NCBI GenBank assembly: GCA_017421975.1
Contig: JAFOHE010000049.1
Location: 1 to 47,999, forward strand
DNA: 47,999 nt
Reading direction: 5' to 3'
DNA from: Pseudomonadota bacterium
GTDB lineage: Bacteria; Myxococcota_A; Bradymonadia; UBA4248
Part shown: positions 34,715-44,522 of the stretch, piece by piece
Layout: every line of letters starts with the position of its first letter
Numbering within the stretch: the first letter of the stretch is position 1
Position numbers and translations under genes: made by a program
Notes under the pieces: generated by a model
Seen by the model: only the letters and a program-made list of their open reading frames with translations
Database searches by the model: none
Told to the model about the DNA's origin: nothing

Positions 34715-34731
34715 TTGCACATGGTGTGCAA
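34715..34731. promoter_or_regulatory. 17-bp dyad TTGCACA-TGG-TGTGCAA upstream of the pyrimidine nucleoside phosphorylase gene
   Basis: Perfect 7-bp inverted arms separated by 3 bp, about 140 bp upstream of ATG 34873. Confidence 0.3.
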
Positions 34732-34872
34732 AAAAATGATCCGTGCTGTGTGAAACAATGATGCCGTTCAATGAATGTATATTAAGACATACGTAACTGG
34801 TAGAGGCATGTTTGTTTTCTCTCATGTAACATGGATAACGGATGGGTTCTGAGCGTTGATGGAGAGTGTAAA

Positions 34873-36177
34873 ATGCGCGTTGTAGATCTTATCGAAGCAA
34901 AAAGAGATGGTAGAACGATAGATGCGTCGGATATCCGAGGGTTTGTAAACGCTGTTGTTCGAAAAGAAGTGCCTGATTATCAGATCGCTGCTTTTCTTAT
35001 GGCTGTTTATTTTCGTGGTATGAAACGCGAAGAACTCGTGGCGTACACAGATGCGATGCTTCATAGTGGTGATACCATGTCACTGTGTGGCTTAGGTGAC
35101 CATTTCAAAGTTGATAAACATTCTACTGGTGGCGTCGGTGACAAGGTTTCTTTGACGCTTGCACCTATGGTCGCGGCTTGCGGGCCTGTCATTCCTATGA
35201 TTTCCGGACGTGGGTTGGGACATACGGGGGGAACGCTCGATAAACTTGAATCGATCCCTGGATACCGCGTTGATTTGAATGAGAATGAGATTGAAAATGC
35301 GATCGCTCAGTGCGGCTATATTATTTCTGGACAGACGGGCACACTCGTGCCTGCTGATAAAATATTTTATGCATTGCGCGATGTTACCGGCACTGTGCCT
35401 TCGATTCCTTTGATCGCTGCTTCTATTATGAGCAAAAAATTATCGGTGGGATTGAATGGCTTGGTGCTTGATGTAAAAGTCGGAACCGGTGCTTTTATGA
35501 AGACGCAAAAGGATGCGCAGGAACTGGCTGATACGATGATCTCCATTGGTAATGCCATGAATTGTCATACCAGAGCCTGTATTACAAGTATGGATCAGCC
35601 ACTCGGCACGGCAGTCGGTAATGCCAATGAATTGATCGAAGCAATTGAAATGCTCAAAGGAAATGCGCCGAAGGATTATGAAGCGATTTGTTATGCATTG
35701 GGCACTGAGATGCTCTCCATTGCAAAAGGTATTTCTCCTGACGATGCGCGCGAAGAACTTGCAAACGCCATTTCATCGGGTAAAGCTTTGGATGCACTCC
35801 GTAAAAATGTGGTTGCTCAAGGCGGTGATCCTCGCATTGTTGATGATTATACGTTGCTCAATGTGGCAAAGGATAAGGCCGTCGTGAAGGCCAATAAGAG
35901 TGGCTATGTCACTGGATATCATTGTGAGGAAGTGGGCAAAGCCAGTTGTGTGCTGGGCGGAGGACGTGAAGTCGCTGGTGCGCCTATCGATCACAGTGTC
36001 GGATTGGAAGTATTACACAAAATCGGCGATAAAGTAGATGCTGGTACACCGCTCTTCAATGTTTATTATCGTGATGAGAAAAAAGCTGAAAAGGCATCAG
36101 CGATGTTGCTTGATGCCATTGTGATCGGAGATGTAAAACCAGAACCAAATCAGTTGATTCGTGATATCCGACGTTAG
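34873..36177 (+). CDS. deoA: Thymidine / pyrimidine-nucleoside phosphorylase (434 aa)
   Basis: MRVVDLIEAKRDGRTIDASDIRGFV...IAAFLMAVYFRGM...VDKHSTGGVGDKVSL...SGRGLGHTGGTLDKLESIPG are the canonical family motifs. Confidence 0.93.
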   Translation: MRVVDLIEAKRDGRTIDASDIRGFVNAVVRKEVPDYQIAAFLMAVYFRGMKREELVAYTDAMLHSGDTMSLCGLGDHFKVDKHSTGGVGDKVSLTLAPMVAACGPVIPMISGRGLGHTGGTLDKLESIPGYRVDLNENEIENAIAQCGYIISGQTGTLVPADKIFYALRDVTGTVPSIPLIAASIMSKKLSVGLNGLVLDVKVGTGAFMKTQKDAQELADTMISIGNAMNCHTRACITSMDQPLGTAVGNANELIEAIEMLKGNAPKDYEAICYALGTEMLSIAKGISPDDAREELANAISSGKALDALRKNVVAQGGDPRIVDDYTLLNVAKDKAVVKANKSGYVTGYHCEEVGKASCVLGGGREVAGAPIDHSVGLEVLHKIGDKVDAGTPLFNVYYRDEKKAEKASAMLLDAIVIGDVKPEPNQLIRDIRR

Positions 36178-36454
36178 AAGAAGCGTGTGTGTGGCGGGAA
36201 AATAGCAAATACCGTATTGCTGTATTATTTATTTTTATTCCCGCCATACGACAAATAGGATGGACGTAAATACGATATTTCATGTGCGTAATTAGATACT
36301 GTGATGTTCGTGTTGTGAACATCTTAGTGTTTACCAAAGGATGTGGTGGCAGGATTCATAAAGGAAATGTATTTATGCCCACATGTGGGTTTGTAATCAT
36401 CCAGTTTTGGGGAAACGGTTATTTACCTAGATACGTTATCGAGTGACAATTTCA

Positions 36455-36480
36455 ATAAAAAAGCCTCCGTGAGTGGAGAC
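36455..36480 (-). terminator. Rho-independent terminator after lon
   Basis: The minus strand reads GUCUCC-ACUCAC-GGAGGC (one G-U pair) followed by TTTTTT, 50 nt downstream of the lon stop. Confidence 0.6.
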
Positions 36481-36530
36481 TTTAGTGTTTATATCATAAT
36501 GACATTGTTGTGCGTTATGATGCAATACCA

Positions 36531-38948
36531 TTATGATTCAATGGTGGTTTTTGAGGTTTTGGAACGCGCATTTGTCTTTGTTGCCTTTTGTGAAGCATTC
36601 AATTGCGGCGCATTAAACACGAGCTTAAGCACTTCATCAATCGTTTCGACGGGATGAAAAGTGAGATCAGGTTTGACTTCTTCAGGTAAATCGTCGAGGT
36701 CGCGAAGATTTTCTTTGGGGAACAAAACGGTTTTTATACCAGCTCTGTGTGCCCCTAGGATTTTTTCGCGTAAGCCGCCAATTGGCAGAACGCGTCCGCG
36801 AAGAGAGAGTTCTCCGGTCATGGCAAGGCTGGCAGGCACGATTTTGTTGGTCAGAAGACTCAGCAGGGCACAGAAAATAGCTGTGCCAGCAGATGGACCG
36901 TCTTTAGGTGTGGCAGCTGCGGGAAAATGGACGTGAATATCATTTTGCTCGAATGTCTCTTTAGGAATATTGAATTTGGGTGCTCTGGATTTGATGACGG
37001 TCATGACGGTTGAGATACTTTCCTTCATGACATCCCCCAGGTTACCCGTGATGACGATGTGTCCTTTTCCAGGAACCATGGTCGTTTCGATGATGAGTAT
37101 TTCACCGCCGGCAGAAGTCCAGGCAAGCCCTGTCGATACGCCTGAAAGAGGGTATTTTTGAGCGTGTTCGTGGTTATAACGTGGTTTGCCGAGGTAGGTT
37201 TCGACGTGTTTTGGACAGAGCGTCGTTTTGGAGACGCGTTTTTTGAGGCTTTTCGCTTCTGCAATGGATGTCGCCACTTTGCGCATAACAGCGGATAGAC
37301 GTTGCTCAAGCTGTCTTACGCCCGCTTCATGTGTGTATTGTGCAATCAATTTATCGAGTGCTTCAGGCTTAAAAGCCAACTGTGTTGGTAAAATGCCGTG
37401 TTCTGCCAAGAGCTTGGGAATAAGGTGATCGACGGCGATATGATGCTTATCGATGCTCGTATAGCCGGGGATTTCAATGATTTCCATGCGGTCGCGGAGC
37501 GCTGGTTTGATTGTATCAAGTGAATTGGCCGTTGTAATAAAGAGCACTTGGCTCAGATCGACGGGCAGTTCAATGTAGTTATCACAGAAGGACGCATTTT
37601 GCTCGGGATCAAGGACTTCGAGCAATGCACTTGATGGGTCGCCATGAACATCGGAGGCAAGTTTGTCGATTTCATCGAGCATAATGACAGGATTCATGGT
37701 TTTGACACGTCTTAGTGCTTGAATAATACGTCCGGGCATACTGCCCACATACGTTCTTCGATGCCCACGTATCTCACTTTCATCATGGACGCCGCCTAGA
37801 CTAAGTCTGTGGAATTTTCTGTCGAGGGCGCGAGCAACGCTTTTGCCCAAGCTTGTTTTGCCGACGCCTGGAGGTCCGTAGAGACAGATAATTGGGGCTT
37901 TAAGGTCTGGTTTTAAGGCTCGGACGGCTAAAAATTCCAATAAGCGTTGTTTGACATCTTTGAGACCAAAATGATCTTCATCAAGAATGGTGCGGGCACG
38001 CATAATGTCGTGATTGTCTTCCGTGTAGATTTGCCAGGGCATATCAAGAAGAACTTCAAGATGATTGCGTGCAACGTTGTATTCGGAGCTTGACGGTGCC
38101 ATTTGAAGTAGACGATTGTATTCTTTTTGGCACTCTGCTTTGACTTCTTCACTCGCTTGCAATTCATCAAGCTGTTTTTTCAGATCATCCGTATCTGCTT
38201 GAGGTTCTGTTGATTCACCAAGTTGTTCTTTGATGGCTTTGATTTGTTGGCGCAAAAAATAGTCACGCTGTTGTTTTTCCATTTCAGAACGAACTTTTTG
38301 GGCGATTTCTGACATGATTTTTACGCCCTTGAGTTGTTCTGTAAGGACGCCCAAGGTAAAGTCGATCCGTTGGGATATATTGAGAATTTTGAAGCCTTCG
38401 GCACGCTCCTTTGGCATAATATCAATCGTTCGTAGCAGTTTATCACAGATAGAACCGGCTTCGGCATTGTCGCGTTCAAGGATGCGGATCATTTCTTTGG
38501 CGGTCGGCGAGGGAATGGCGTCGAAGAGTTGACGGCCAAGTTGACGTATGAGACGCATTTTGCCCTGGGCTTCGAAAAGGGCAGAGCCAATCGTAGGAAA
38601 TGGCACCTCCTTGGCATCTGCAATCATGACGCGGTTAATCTTGGATTCAGGATCGTGTGATATTTCATTGATGAGAATACGTTTTACACAGCGAACAGTA
38701 TATTTATTCGTCTGATCTTTATTCTTTTCGATCTTGATGATGCGCAAGAGGCTGCCCACGATCGGAAGCTCATCTGCTGAAATCGGTTTGGATGGATCGT
38801 CGACAAAGGCAAGGACACATTCAAAAAGTTCATGTTCTGCGATATGAAAGATACGTCGGTTGTCCATTGAAAGTTGCGTAATAACAGCAACATCATCGGG
38901 AAACAAAATAAACTCATTGGTTGGGTAAAAGGGTTTACCGCGTAACAC
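36531..38948 (-). CDS. lon: ATP-dependent Lon protease (LonA type, 805 aa)
   Basis: Has an N-terminal LON substrate-binding region. Walker A is GPPGVGKTSLGKSVARAL and Walker B is VIMLDEIDK. The S16 protease motif PKDGPSAGTAI carries the catalytic Ser. GTG at 38948 is the first canonical start after an in-frame TGA. Confidence 0.95.
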   Translation of the reverse strand: MLRGKPFYPTNEFILFPDDVAVITQLSMDNRRIFHIAEHELFECVLAFVDDPSKPISADELPIVGSLLRIIKIEKNKDQTNKYTVRCVKRILINEISHDPESKINRVMIADAKEVPFPTIGSALFEAQGKMRLIRQLGRQLFDAIPSPTAKEMIRILERDNAEAGSICDKLLRTIDIMPKERAEGFKILNISQRIDFTLGVLTEQLKGVKIMSEIAQKVRSEMEKQQRDYFLRQQIKAIKEQLGESTEPQADTDDLKKQLDELQASEEVKAECQKEYNRLLQMAPSSSEYNVARNHLEVLLDMPWQIYTEDNHDIMRARTILDEDHFGLKDVKQRLLEFLAVRALKPDLKAPIICLYGPPGVGKTSLGKSVARALDRKFHRLSLGGVHDESEIRGHRRTYVGSMPGRIIQALRRVKTMNPVIMLDEIDKLASDVHGDPSSALLEVLDPEQNASFCDNYIELPVDLSQVLFITTANSLDTIKPALRDRMEIIEIPGYTSIDKHHIAVDHLIPKLLAEHGILPTQLAFKPEALDKLIAQYTHEAGVRQLEQRLSAVMRKVATSIAEAKSLKKRVSKTTLCPKHVETYLGKPRYNHEHAQKYPLSGVSTGLAWTSAGGEILIIETTMVPGKGHIVITGNLGDVMKESISTVMTVIKSRAPKFNIPKETFEQNDIHVHFPAAATPKDGPSAGTAIFCALLSLLTNKIVPASLAMTGELSLRGRVLPIGGLREKILGAHRAGIKTVLFPKENLRDLDDLPEEVKPDLTFHPVETIDEVLKLVFNAPQLNASQKATKTNARSKTSKTTIES

Positions 38949-39183
38949 GGGGGGAAGGTTCTCTGTTTCTACCGTATAGGTCTGATCCGATGAACTCTGG
39001 GTGATGTTAATGGTAGGGGCGTTAGTTGTTTTTTTTATCGTTCTGACTCATTATGAAACCAGCGAAAGACAAGTATCGTAAAACAAATGGCCACAAATCA
39101 TGCGGCAACATGGCATGGAATTGTAGACACACAGATGCAAAAGCCAAATGCTTTTTTGAAGTTTCAGGATGTAGGCATCACGC

Positions 39184-42100
39184 TTATTGCGGAACGCAGC
39201 GAATATGGAGCTTCTGTGGTTCGTGATATGGAAAATTCTCGGTGAGTCCATCACCTGGTTGGGCGTTGAGCCAGAGAATATTTTCTGATACATCGTCGTG
39301 ACATTGTATGGTGAGTTTCCATGTGTCACTCAGATCACTGGTGATGGTGATATTTGGTGTATCGTATTCTAAATGACCGTCATAGATGTATTGACCGAGA
39401 TTACCTTGTGTGTTCGATATATTGAGCGTCTTGGATTGACCATTAGGAATCACGAGCTGTGAGGTGTCATGAATATCGCTGTCTGTTTGTAATACGAATT
39501 TCGGGAAACAGTGTTGGACGTATATATCGAAATTGAGCGGAGCACCAATACGGGTCTTTGATTCTCCTGTAATCGAAACATGAATGGGGGCTTCACCATG
39601 GTGACAAGTCGCTTTCCAGATAAAAACTCCTTTTTCGATTCGGCCGATAGATGAGGTGAGATGCGGCGTAACGTCATTTTCATATTTTAGTGGGAGTTTT
39701 AGTTCCTGGCCTTCATCAATGTGTACTTCATGAGCATCGTTTTCTAAATGTATGAGTGGTGGACATGTGAGGGGAAGGGTTATCCGTCGTTTAACAGAAA
39801 GTCCTGTGTCGTCTTGAGCAAATAGCGTGTATTCTTCCTGTGTTTTAAGGCACTCGCCTTGTGTTTTAAAAATCCCACGATAGGCTGAACCTGGATAGGT
39901 TTGATCCGGTTCGATGAGAAGGCCAAAATCGTTGTTTCCTGAGAATTCGATTTTTTCGGGTTTAAGATCGCCGTCGCTATCAAGGATACGAAATTGCCAT
40001 TTAAAATCATTTTGCGCGAGTTCTTCGGGGGTGGAAACAAGTTCCAAGTGGTCAATAATCGGTGCACATGCTCGATCTTCAAGGGTGATCCAAATGGTTT
40101 CAGAATAAGTCTTTTCGGCGTCTGTAAACACTTCTAGGGAACAAAGTCTGTCACGGCTGTCAAGACGTGATGTGAGGCCAGGAATACAGCCACGTTTGAG
40201 GCGAAAATCGATGCGCCAGCCCGCCGAATTGTGTTTGAAACCAATTGGATCAAAGGCTGATTCAAATGCTGCATGACTACACGAGAATTTGCCAAAAGAT
40301 GGTTTTAATACGCGATCTTTATTTGTGCTGTAAAATGTCGTAAAGGTTTTACCCTCAGAGGCATATTCGTCTGAATCATATTCCTTGAGTTTGATATGCT
40401 TGGAGACAAATGAAGCTTCCGAACGCCCATAACCATTGTAGGTGAACAACACAAAAGACGAGTATTCAGGCAGGCGGTTAGAAAGATCTGTGATATGCAG
40501 GGAAATGGGAAAGTTCGTCGTTTTGGTTTTGGATTGTGTATAATCCGGATTAGTCATGCTATTAAAGACAAAATGGTAGATGCCTGGCCTAACGGTCTTT
40601 TCAATACTCATGAGCTCAATAAATGCAATTGTCTGCCCCGTCTCGGTATTTAAGAATTCCCATTGGTCACCAATTTGGCTTTCTGGGACTTTTTCGTTCT
40701 TTGGATAGTATTTGACATCGTAATTAAACGTCTCGGCTGATTCAAAGATGAATTTTGGACGAATGCGCTTGAGCAGTGGATCAAACCAAGCGGTAATGCT
40801 GATATCGTTTGAAATGGCTGTGTCAAAATTACAGATATGTTGAGTCTCTGTAATACTATAACAGCCGACGAAGACGTTGGTCTGATGATGCCAGACGGAT
40901 ATATCACGCAGGGCTATGGGATGAAGTTTCGTGGCGCGAAGTTGGATGGGAATAGAGATAGCTGGCGCGATGTTGTCCGAAATCTCCAATTCTGCATTCC
41001 AGGAGGCAAATAATTCCCATTCGGGTTTTATGGGAAATATGCCGTCGAAGGATGAGAGAACATTGCCGTTTGGCATGTGCAAGGTATATTGTATGAGATC
41101 GGAGTCGAGATCAATGGCGACGGCATGAAGAAAAAGTTCGTCATTTGCTGCTACGCCCACGGGGCCTTTGTTGACATTTGTTGTAATGCCAGATGTTATG
41201 TTTTCGATCTGTACTTGAATGACTTCTGGCGCCTTATTCGGACGCGAAACCAGGAGACGTATATGATCTGTTGTTTCGCTTCTCGGCGGACCTTCGCTAA
41301 TGCAGTTGACTGTGATCTCGTAACTTTTACCGAGCCTTTGACCATCTTCAAATTGGGGTGTCCATCGGAGTTCACCTGGACAACCAGGCGAAGATAAACC
41401 TGAGGCACAAGCTTTTAGTTCCTCTAAGACGCCATATAATGAGCAATTGCCTTCCCAACATGCTGCATTATCGTCGATATCTAGCGTAGCTTTTACATTT
41501 GTTCCACCTTTACAAAGTGGAATAATGAGTTCATGACCGACTTCTACTGGAAATTCAATGACTGTCATGCCTTTACCGGCAAATTCTACAGGTGGACCAC
41601 CAATGATGCGGCTGATCGTCAGTATGATAAAAAATATCGAAAGGGCATTTGCCAGAATAAAGATGACGCGACGCCAATTGCTTACGCGTTCAACGGCTAT
41701 CGCTTTATAGGGGGTGACTGGAACAGAGAGAATGGCTGCTTTGCGATAGTCTCCCTTTTCTTCGAGACGAAAACGAAAACCACCATCAAATTCAGTGATT
41801 TCTTGATGCACACCACGAAGGCCGAGGCCGTATTGAACTGGTTCTGGAATGATAGCATTCGTGTCGTAAATGCGGAAGGTGAGATAGGTTTGTCCCAAAA
41901 GATCATCTTGGGTGATTTCTGCTTGAATAAGGACGTGACCTGTTTGTGACATGGCGTTGTCCAAAATGCGCAAAAGGCAACGCGTCAATGTTTGTGAAGC
42001 AGCTGGGCATAACCACTTGCCTTCGGCAAGGATTTCAATTTCAATGTAATTTTTTGCATTCTGGCGCCCTGTTTGAGCTTGAAGGGAATCAAGGGCATCA

Positions 42101-42759
42101 TGGACAATGGCTTGAATATCGATGACCATGCCGCAACATTCTGTCAATTCCAAAATCTTCGTATAGACGTCACCGCATTTTTCAAGACCGAGTTTGTTGA
42201 GCGTTTCTGGAGTAAAAGCTTCTGCTTGGTCTCGAGTAATGTAAAGTAAGAACATCCTGCGCAGACGGAGCATGACATAAGATGTCCATTTCAGCATGGG
42301 ATCGACGATGGGTGAAAGTACGGTATGGTGTGCGAGGTGGTGGATATCTTTAAAGGTGTCCCACCATTTTTGCCACAAACGGTCACTGGGAGCGGAGCGT
42401 ACGCCGCACAAACGAAAAACTTCCTCGCGAATATCGTCAATCTGTTCAGATGTTAGTTTCTCATGCGTACTTTCGGCTTTTTGAATCGAGAGAGCAAGGG
42501 AGCGAAGACCGAGAAAACGGTGTTTCAGAACATCGTGAGCAAGAATTTCAAGGTGTTTTCGAATGTGTTTTAGGGTCGTCGCGCTGGCGGCATCCGTCTT
42601 GTTTCGGATTTTATCTATCCATTGTGACAGCGTAAGTCCGACAAATAGATTGATATGAATGAGAAATACTATGACGATGAGAGTAAAAATGCATGTGAAG
42701 ACAATCGTCAGAATAAATGTCGCTGTTGAATTCGGAAGAAGATAAATAGAATCAAACAT
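39184..42759 (-). CDS. Large membrane protein: TM, histidine-kinase-like module, TM, then ~800-aa extracytoplasmic region (1191 aa)
   Basis: aa 13-43 are hydrophobic. H-box-like LEILAHDVLKHRFLGLRSL near aa 80. N-box-like LLRILDNAMS and G2-like YGLGLRGV near aa 260-320. Second TM is RRVIFILANALSIFFIILTI near aa 362-385. The remaining sequence is Cys-poor and beta-rich with no further TM. Confidence 0.75.
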   Translation of the reverse strand: MFDSIYLLPNSTATFILTIVFTCIFTLIVIVFLIHINLFVGLTLSQWIDKIRNKTDAASATTLKHIRKHLEILAHDVLKHRFLGLRSLALSIQKAESTHEKLTSEQIDDIREEVFRLCGVRSAPSDRLWQKWWDTFKDIHHLAHHTVLSPIVDPMLKWTSYVMLRLRRMFLLYITRDQAEAFTPETLNKLGLEKCGDVYTKILELTECCGMVIDIQAIVHDALDSLQAQTGRQNAKNYIEIEILAEGKWLCPAASQTLTRCLLRILDNAMSQTGHVLIQAEITQDDLLGQTYLTFRIYDTNAIIPEPVQYGLGLRGVHQEITEFDGGFRFRLEEKGDYRKAAILSVPVTPYKAIAVERVSNWRRVIFILANALSIFFIILTISRIIGGPPVEFAGKGMTVIEFPVEVGHELIIPLCKGGTNVKATLDIDDNAACWEGNCSLYGVLEELKACASGLSSPGCPGELRWTPQFEDGQRLGKSYEITVNCISEGPPRSETTDHIRLLVSRPNKAPEVIQVQIENITSGITTNVNKGPVGVAANDELFLHAVAIDLDSDLIQYTLHMPNGNVLSSFDGIFPIKPEWELFASWNAELEISDNIAPAISIPIQLRATKLHPIALRDISVWHHQTNVFVGCYSITETQHICNFDTAISNDISITAWFDPLLKRIRPKFIFESAETFNYDVKYYPKNEKVPESQIGDQWEFLNTETGQTIAFIELMSIEKTVRPGIYHFVFNSMTNPDYTQSKTKTTNFPISLHITDLSNRLPEYSSFVLFTYNGYGRSEASFVSKHIKLKEYDSDEYASEGKTFTTFYSTNKDRVLKPSFGKFSCSHAAFESAFDPIGFKHNSAGWRIDFRLKRGCIPGLTSRLDSRDRLCSLEVFTDAEKTYSETIWITLEDRACAPIIDHLELVSTPEELAQNDFKWQFRILDSDGDLKPEKIEFSGNNDFGLLIEPDQTYPGSAYRGIFKTQGECLKTQEEYTLFAQDDTGLSVKRRITLPLTCPPLIHLENDAHEVHIDEGQELKLPLKYENDVTPHLTSSIGRIEKGVFIWKATCHHGEAPIHVSITGESKTRIGAPLNFDIYVQHCFPKFVLQTDSDIHDTSQLVIPNGQSKTLNISNTQGNLGQYIYDGHLEYDTPNITITSDLSDTWKLTIQCHDDVSENILWLNAQPGDGLTENFPYHEPQKLHIRCVPQ

Positions 42760-42779
42760 TTTGTATGCGACAGCTAATG

Positions 42780-43712
42780 TTAAGGTTGTGTTTTAGGTAT
42801 CCGGTGAGGCGTCATGGTCGGATCCGTGACATACCAACCGTTCATGAGGTGAACGACGGGGATAAGATAATATATCGTTCCCTGTTCGATGAGTAGAATG
42901 GCTGAACGTGCATGGATTCCTCCGGCGGCCAGATGGGTCTTGAAGGGTACTGGGCGACAAAAACGGGCTTTAAGTGCTTGGGGCCATGGCGGTAAGGTAT
43001 TATGCCATAGCGTTTGAAGATTGGTGTCTGCGTCTGCTTCAGCTGGTGTGGCGATGATGGATGTCGCTGTTAATAAACAACGATATCGTCGAAGACGCAA
43101 GAGTGTTTCTGCAGCTTCCTGGGGCGTGGCATGGCGAGGCAATAGAAAGGCTGGATAATGAAGTATAAGGAGCGTCACTGTGATGCATATACATAATAAA
43201 GATGCTATGCCGAAAAACGTTTGCTGCATGGTCAGCCAGAGAATGAAAAATAGGCCAGACAAAAAAATACACAAAAAAGGAATTCTGAATGTCTGGTAAT
43301 ACAGCTCACGCGTGGGGCGTGTTATCCTGAAGCGGTCTGGATGAGGCAGAGGAATATCAATGATGTATTTGCCAAAACGATGGGCTGTAAATGTTTCGGC
43401 GGTGTTTGGATTCATCAGGGCATGCGCTTGTGGACGAAGCGGTGCCGGATTCTCAGAATTTGAACTGCTGATCGGTTTGAGTAATGGTTTGACAGGTGTG
43501 TCGCGCGGACGGTTCATCATCTCCGCAACACTTTCCGAATGTGACGGTTTGATGCACAGCTCGTTTTCTATGCCAAATGATGTCGGATCAAGGGAAAAAT
43601 CAAACTTGTCAAACGTCGCCCGGACTGCCGAAGATGAGGCAACTTCCGCCGAAGATTCAGATGATGCTTTGAATTGATCTGGGTCTTTCGACGGTGTCTG
43701 AGAGGACATCAT
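42780..43712 (-). CDS. Hypothetical membrane protein (310 aa), probably co-transcribed with the downstream HK-like gene
   Basis: S/P-rich N-terminus. Two adjacent TM helices (IPFLCIFLSGLFFILWL and FFGIASLLCICITVTLLIL). The stop lies 20 nt before the start of 39184..42759. Confidence 0.6.
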   Translation of the reverse strand: MMSSQTPSKDPDQFKASSESSAEVASSSAVRATFDKFDFSLDPTSFGIENELCIKPSHSESVAEMMNRPRDTPVKPLLKPISSSNSENPAPLRPQAHALMNPNTAETFTAHRFGKYIIDIPLPHPDRFRITRPTRELYYQTFRIPFLCIFLSGLFFILWLTMQQTFFGIASLLCICITVTLLILHYPAFLLPRHATPQEAAETLLRLRRYRCLLTATSIIATPAEADADTNLQTLWHNTLPPWPQALKARFCRPVPFKTHLAAGGIHARSAILLIEQGTIYYLIPVVHLMNGWYVTDPTMTPHRIPKTQP

Positions 43713-43805
43713 AGGGATACTCCATAATAGGATTGAGACGAATGACGTTTGCGAAAGGTAGATGATGAAGAACGACTAAGCGAATGTTGTCATCCGGAAA
43801 TGTCG

Positions 43806-44399
43806 TTATAAAAACTGATAAAATGCACTTGTAAGGCCTAGAAGTACAAAAATAATGCCTGCAACGAGTTTCATCGTCGATAGATGTTCTTTGAGATGTT
43901 TGCCAATATAATGACCGCCTAACAAAATAACGATGCTCCAGATGGCACTGCCGATAAAAACACCGGCAAGCGTTCCGGGAAGGCCGTACTGAGCCGTGAT
44001 ATTGAAAAGCGGAAAAAGGGCAAGCATGATCGCAACCGTAGCCGGTGAGATCGAAAGAAGAAAAGTTGTCACGCCTGTTGCCGCGAGTTGGGCTGGCGTA
44101 TAGGGTTTCGGTTTGTCTCGGCGGGTCGCGATGAGTAAGCCTCCAATTCCCGCAAAAATAAGTCCCGTAATGATCTTGACGATATAGCCATACTCGGCTG
44201 TCAGTTCACTGGCAAGGGCCATACACACGAGAACGAGAAGCGCAGTGAACAAGTCGGCAAAATTCATACTCACGGTCGAGGCAAGACCTGTCTTCCAACC
44301 ACAACTCGTCGTTCGCTCGAGGCAGAATAGACCTACAGGGCCAACGGGTATGGCAACAGCAAGACCAACGAGTATTCCTTTAAATATAGTCAGAAACAT
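43806..44399 (-). CDS. LysE/RhtB-family amino-acid exporter (197 aa)
   Basis: MFLTIFKGILVGLAVAIPVGPVGLFCLERT matches the LysE N-terminal motif (PGP/VGP). About six TM segments. Typical length of ~200 aa. Confidence 0.82.
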   Translation of the reverse strand: MFLTIFKGILVGLAVAIPVGPVGLFCLERTTSCGWKTGLASTVSMNFADLFTALLVLVCMALASELTAEYGYIVKIITGLIFAGIGGLLIATRRDKPKPYTPAQLAATGVTTFLLSISPATVAIMLALFPLFNITAQYGLPGTLAGVFIGSAIWSIVILLGGHYIGKHLKEHLSTMKLVAGIIFVLLGLTSAFYQFL

Positions 44400-44522
44400 A
44401 GATGCAAACGATATCAGCTGATCGTTATGATCAGGAAAATGTCAAACAAGCGTCTCCAATAGACGAAGACGCACGGTGACATATTCCTCAAAATGAATCA
44501 AAAGGGAAGATTTAAAGGTCAT

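Noticed and set aside
36190-36250. GGCGGGAA...TTCCCGCC-ATACG inverted repeat as a further member of the hairpin family
   Set aside because: The 3' ATA-C is present, but the 5' side has TGT rather than TAT and no complementary outer stem. It is too degenerate to count.
38949-39011. Possible upstream extension of lon, because the in-frame upstream peptide ...TVETENLPPV resembles typical Lon N-termini
   Set aside because: An in-frame TGA lies ~60 nt upstream, and there is no ATG/GTG/TTG between it and GTG 38948. Only rare ATT/ATC/ATA codons are available, so I keep the GTG start.
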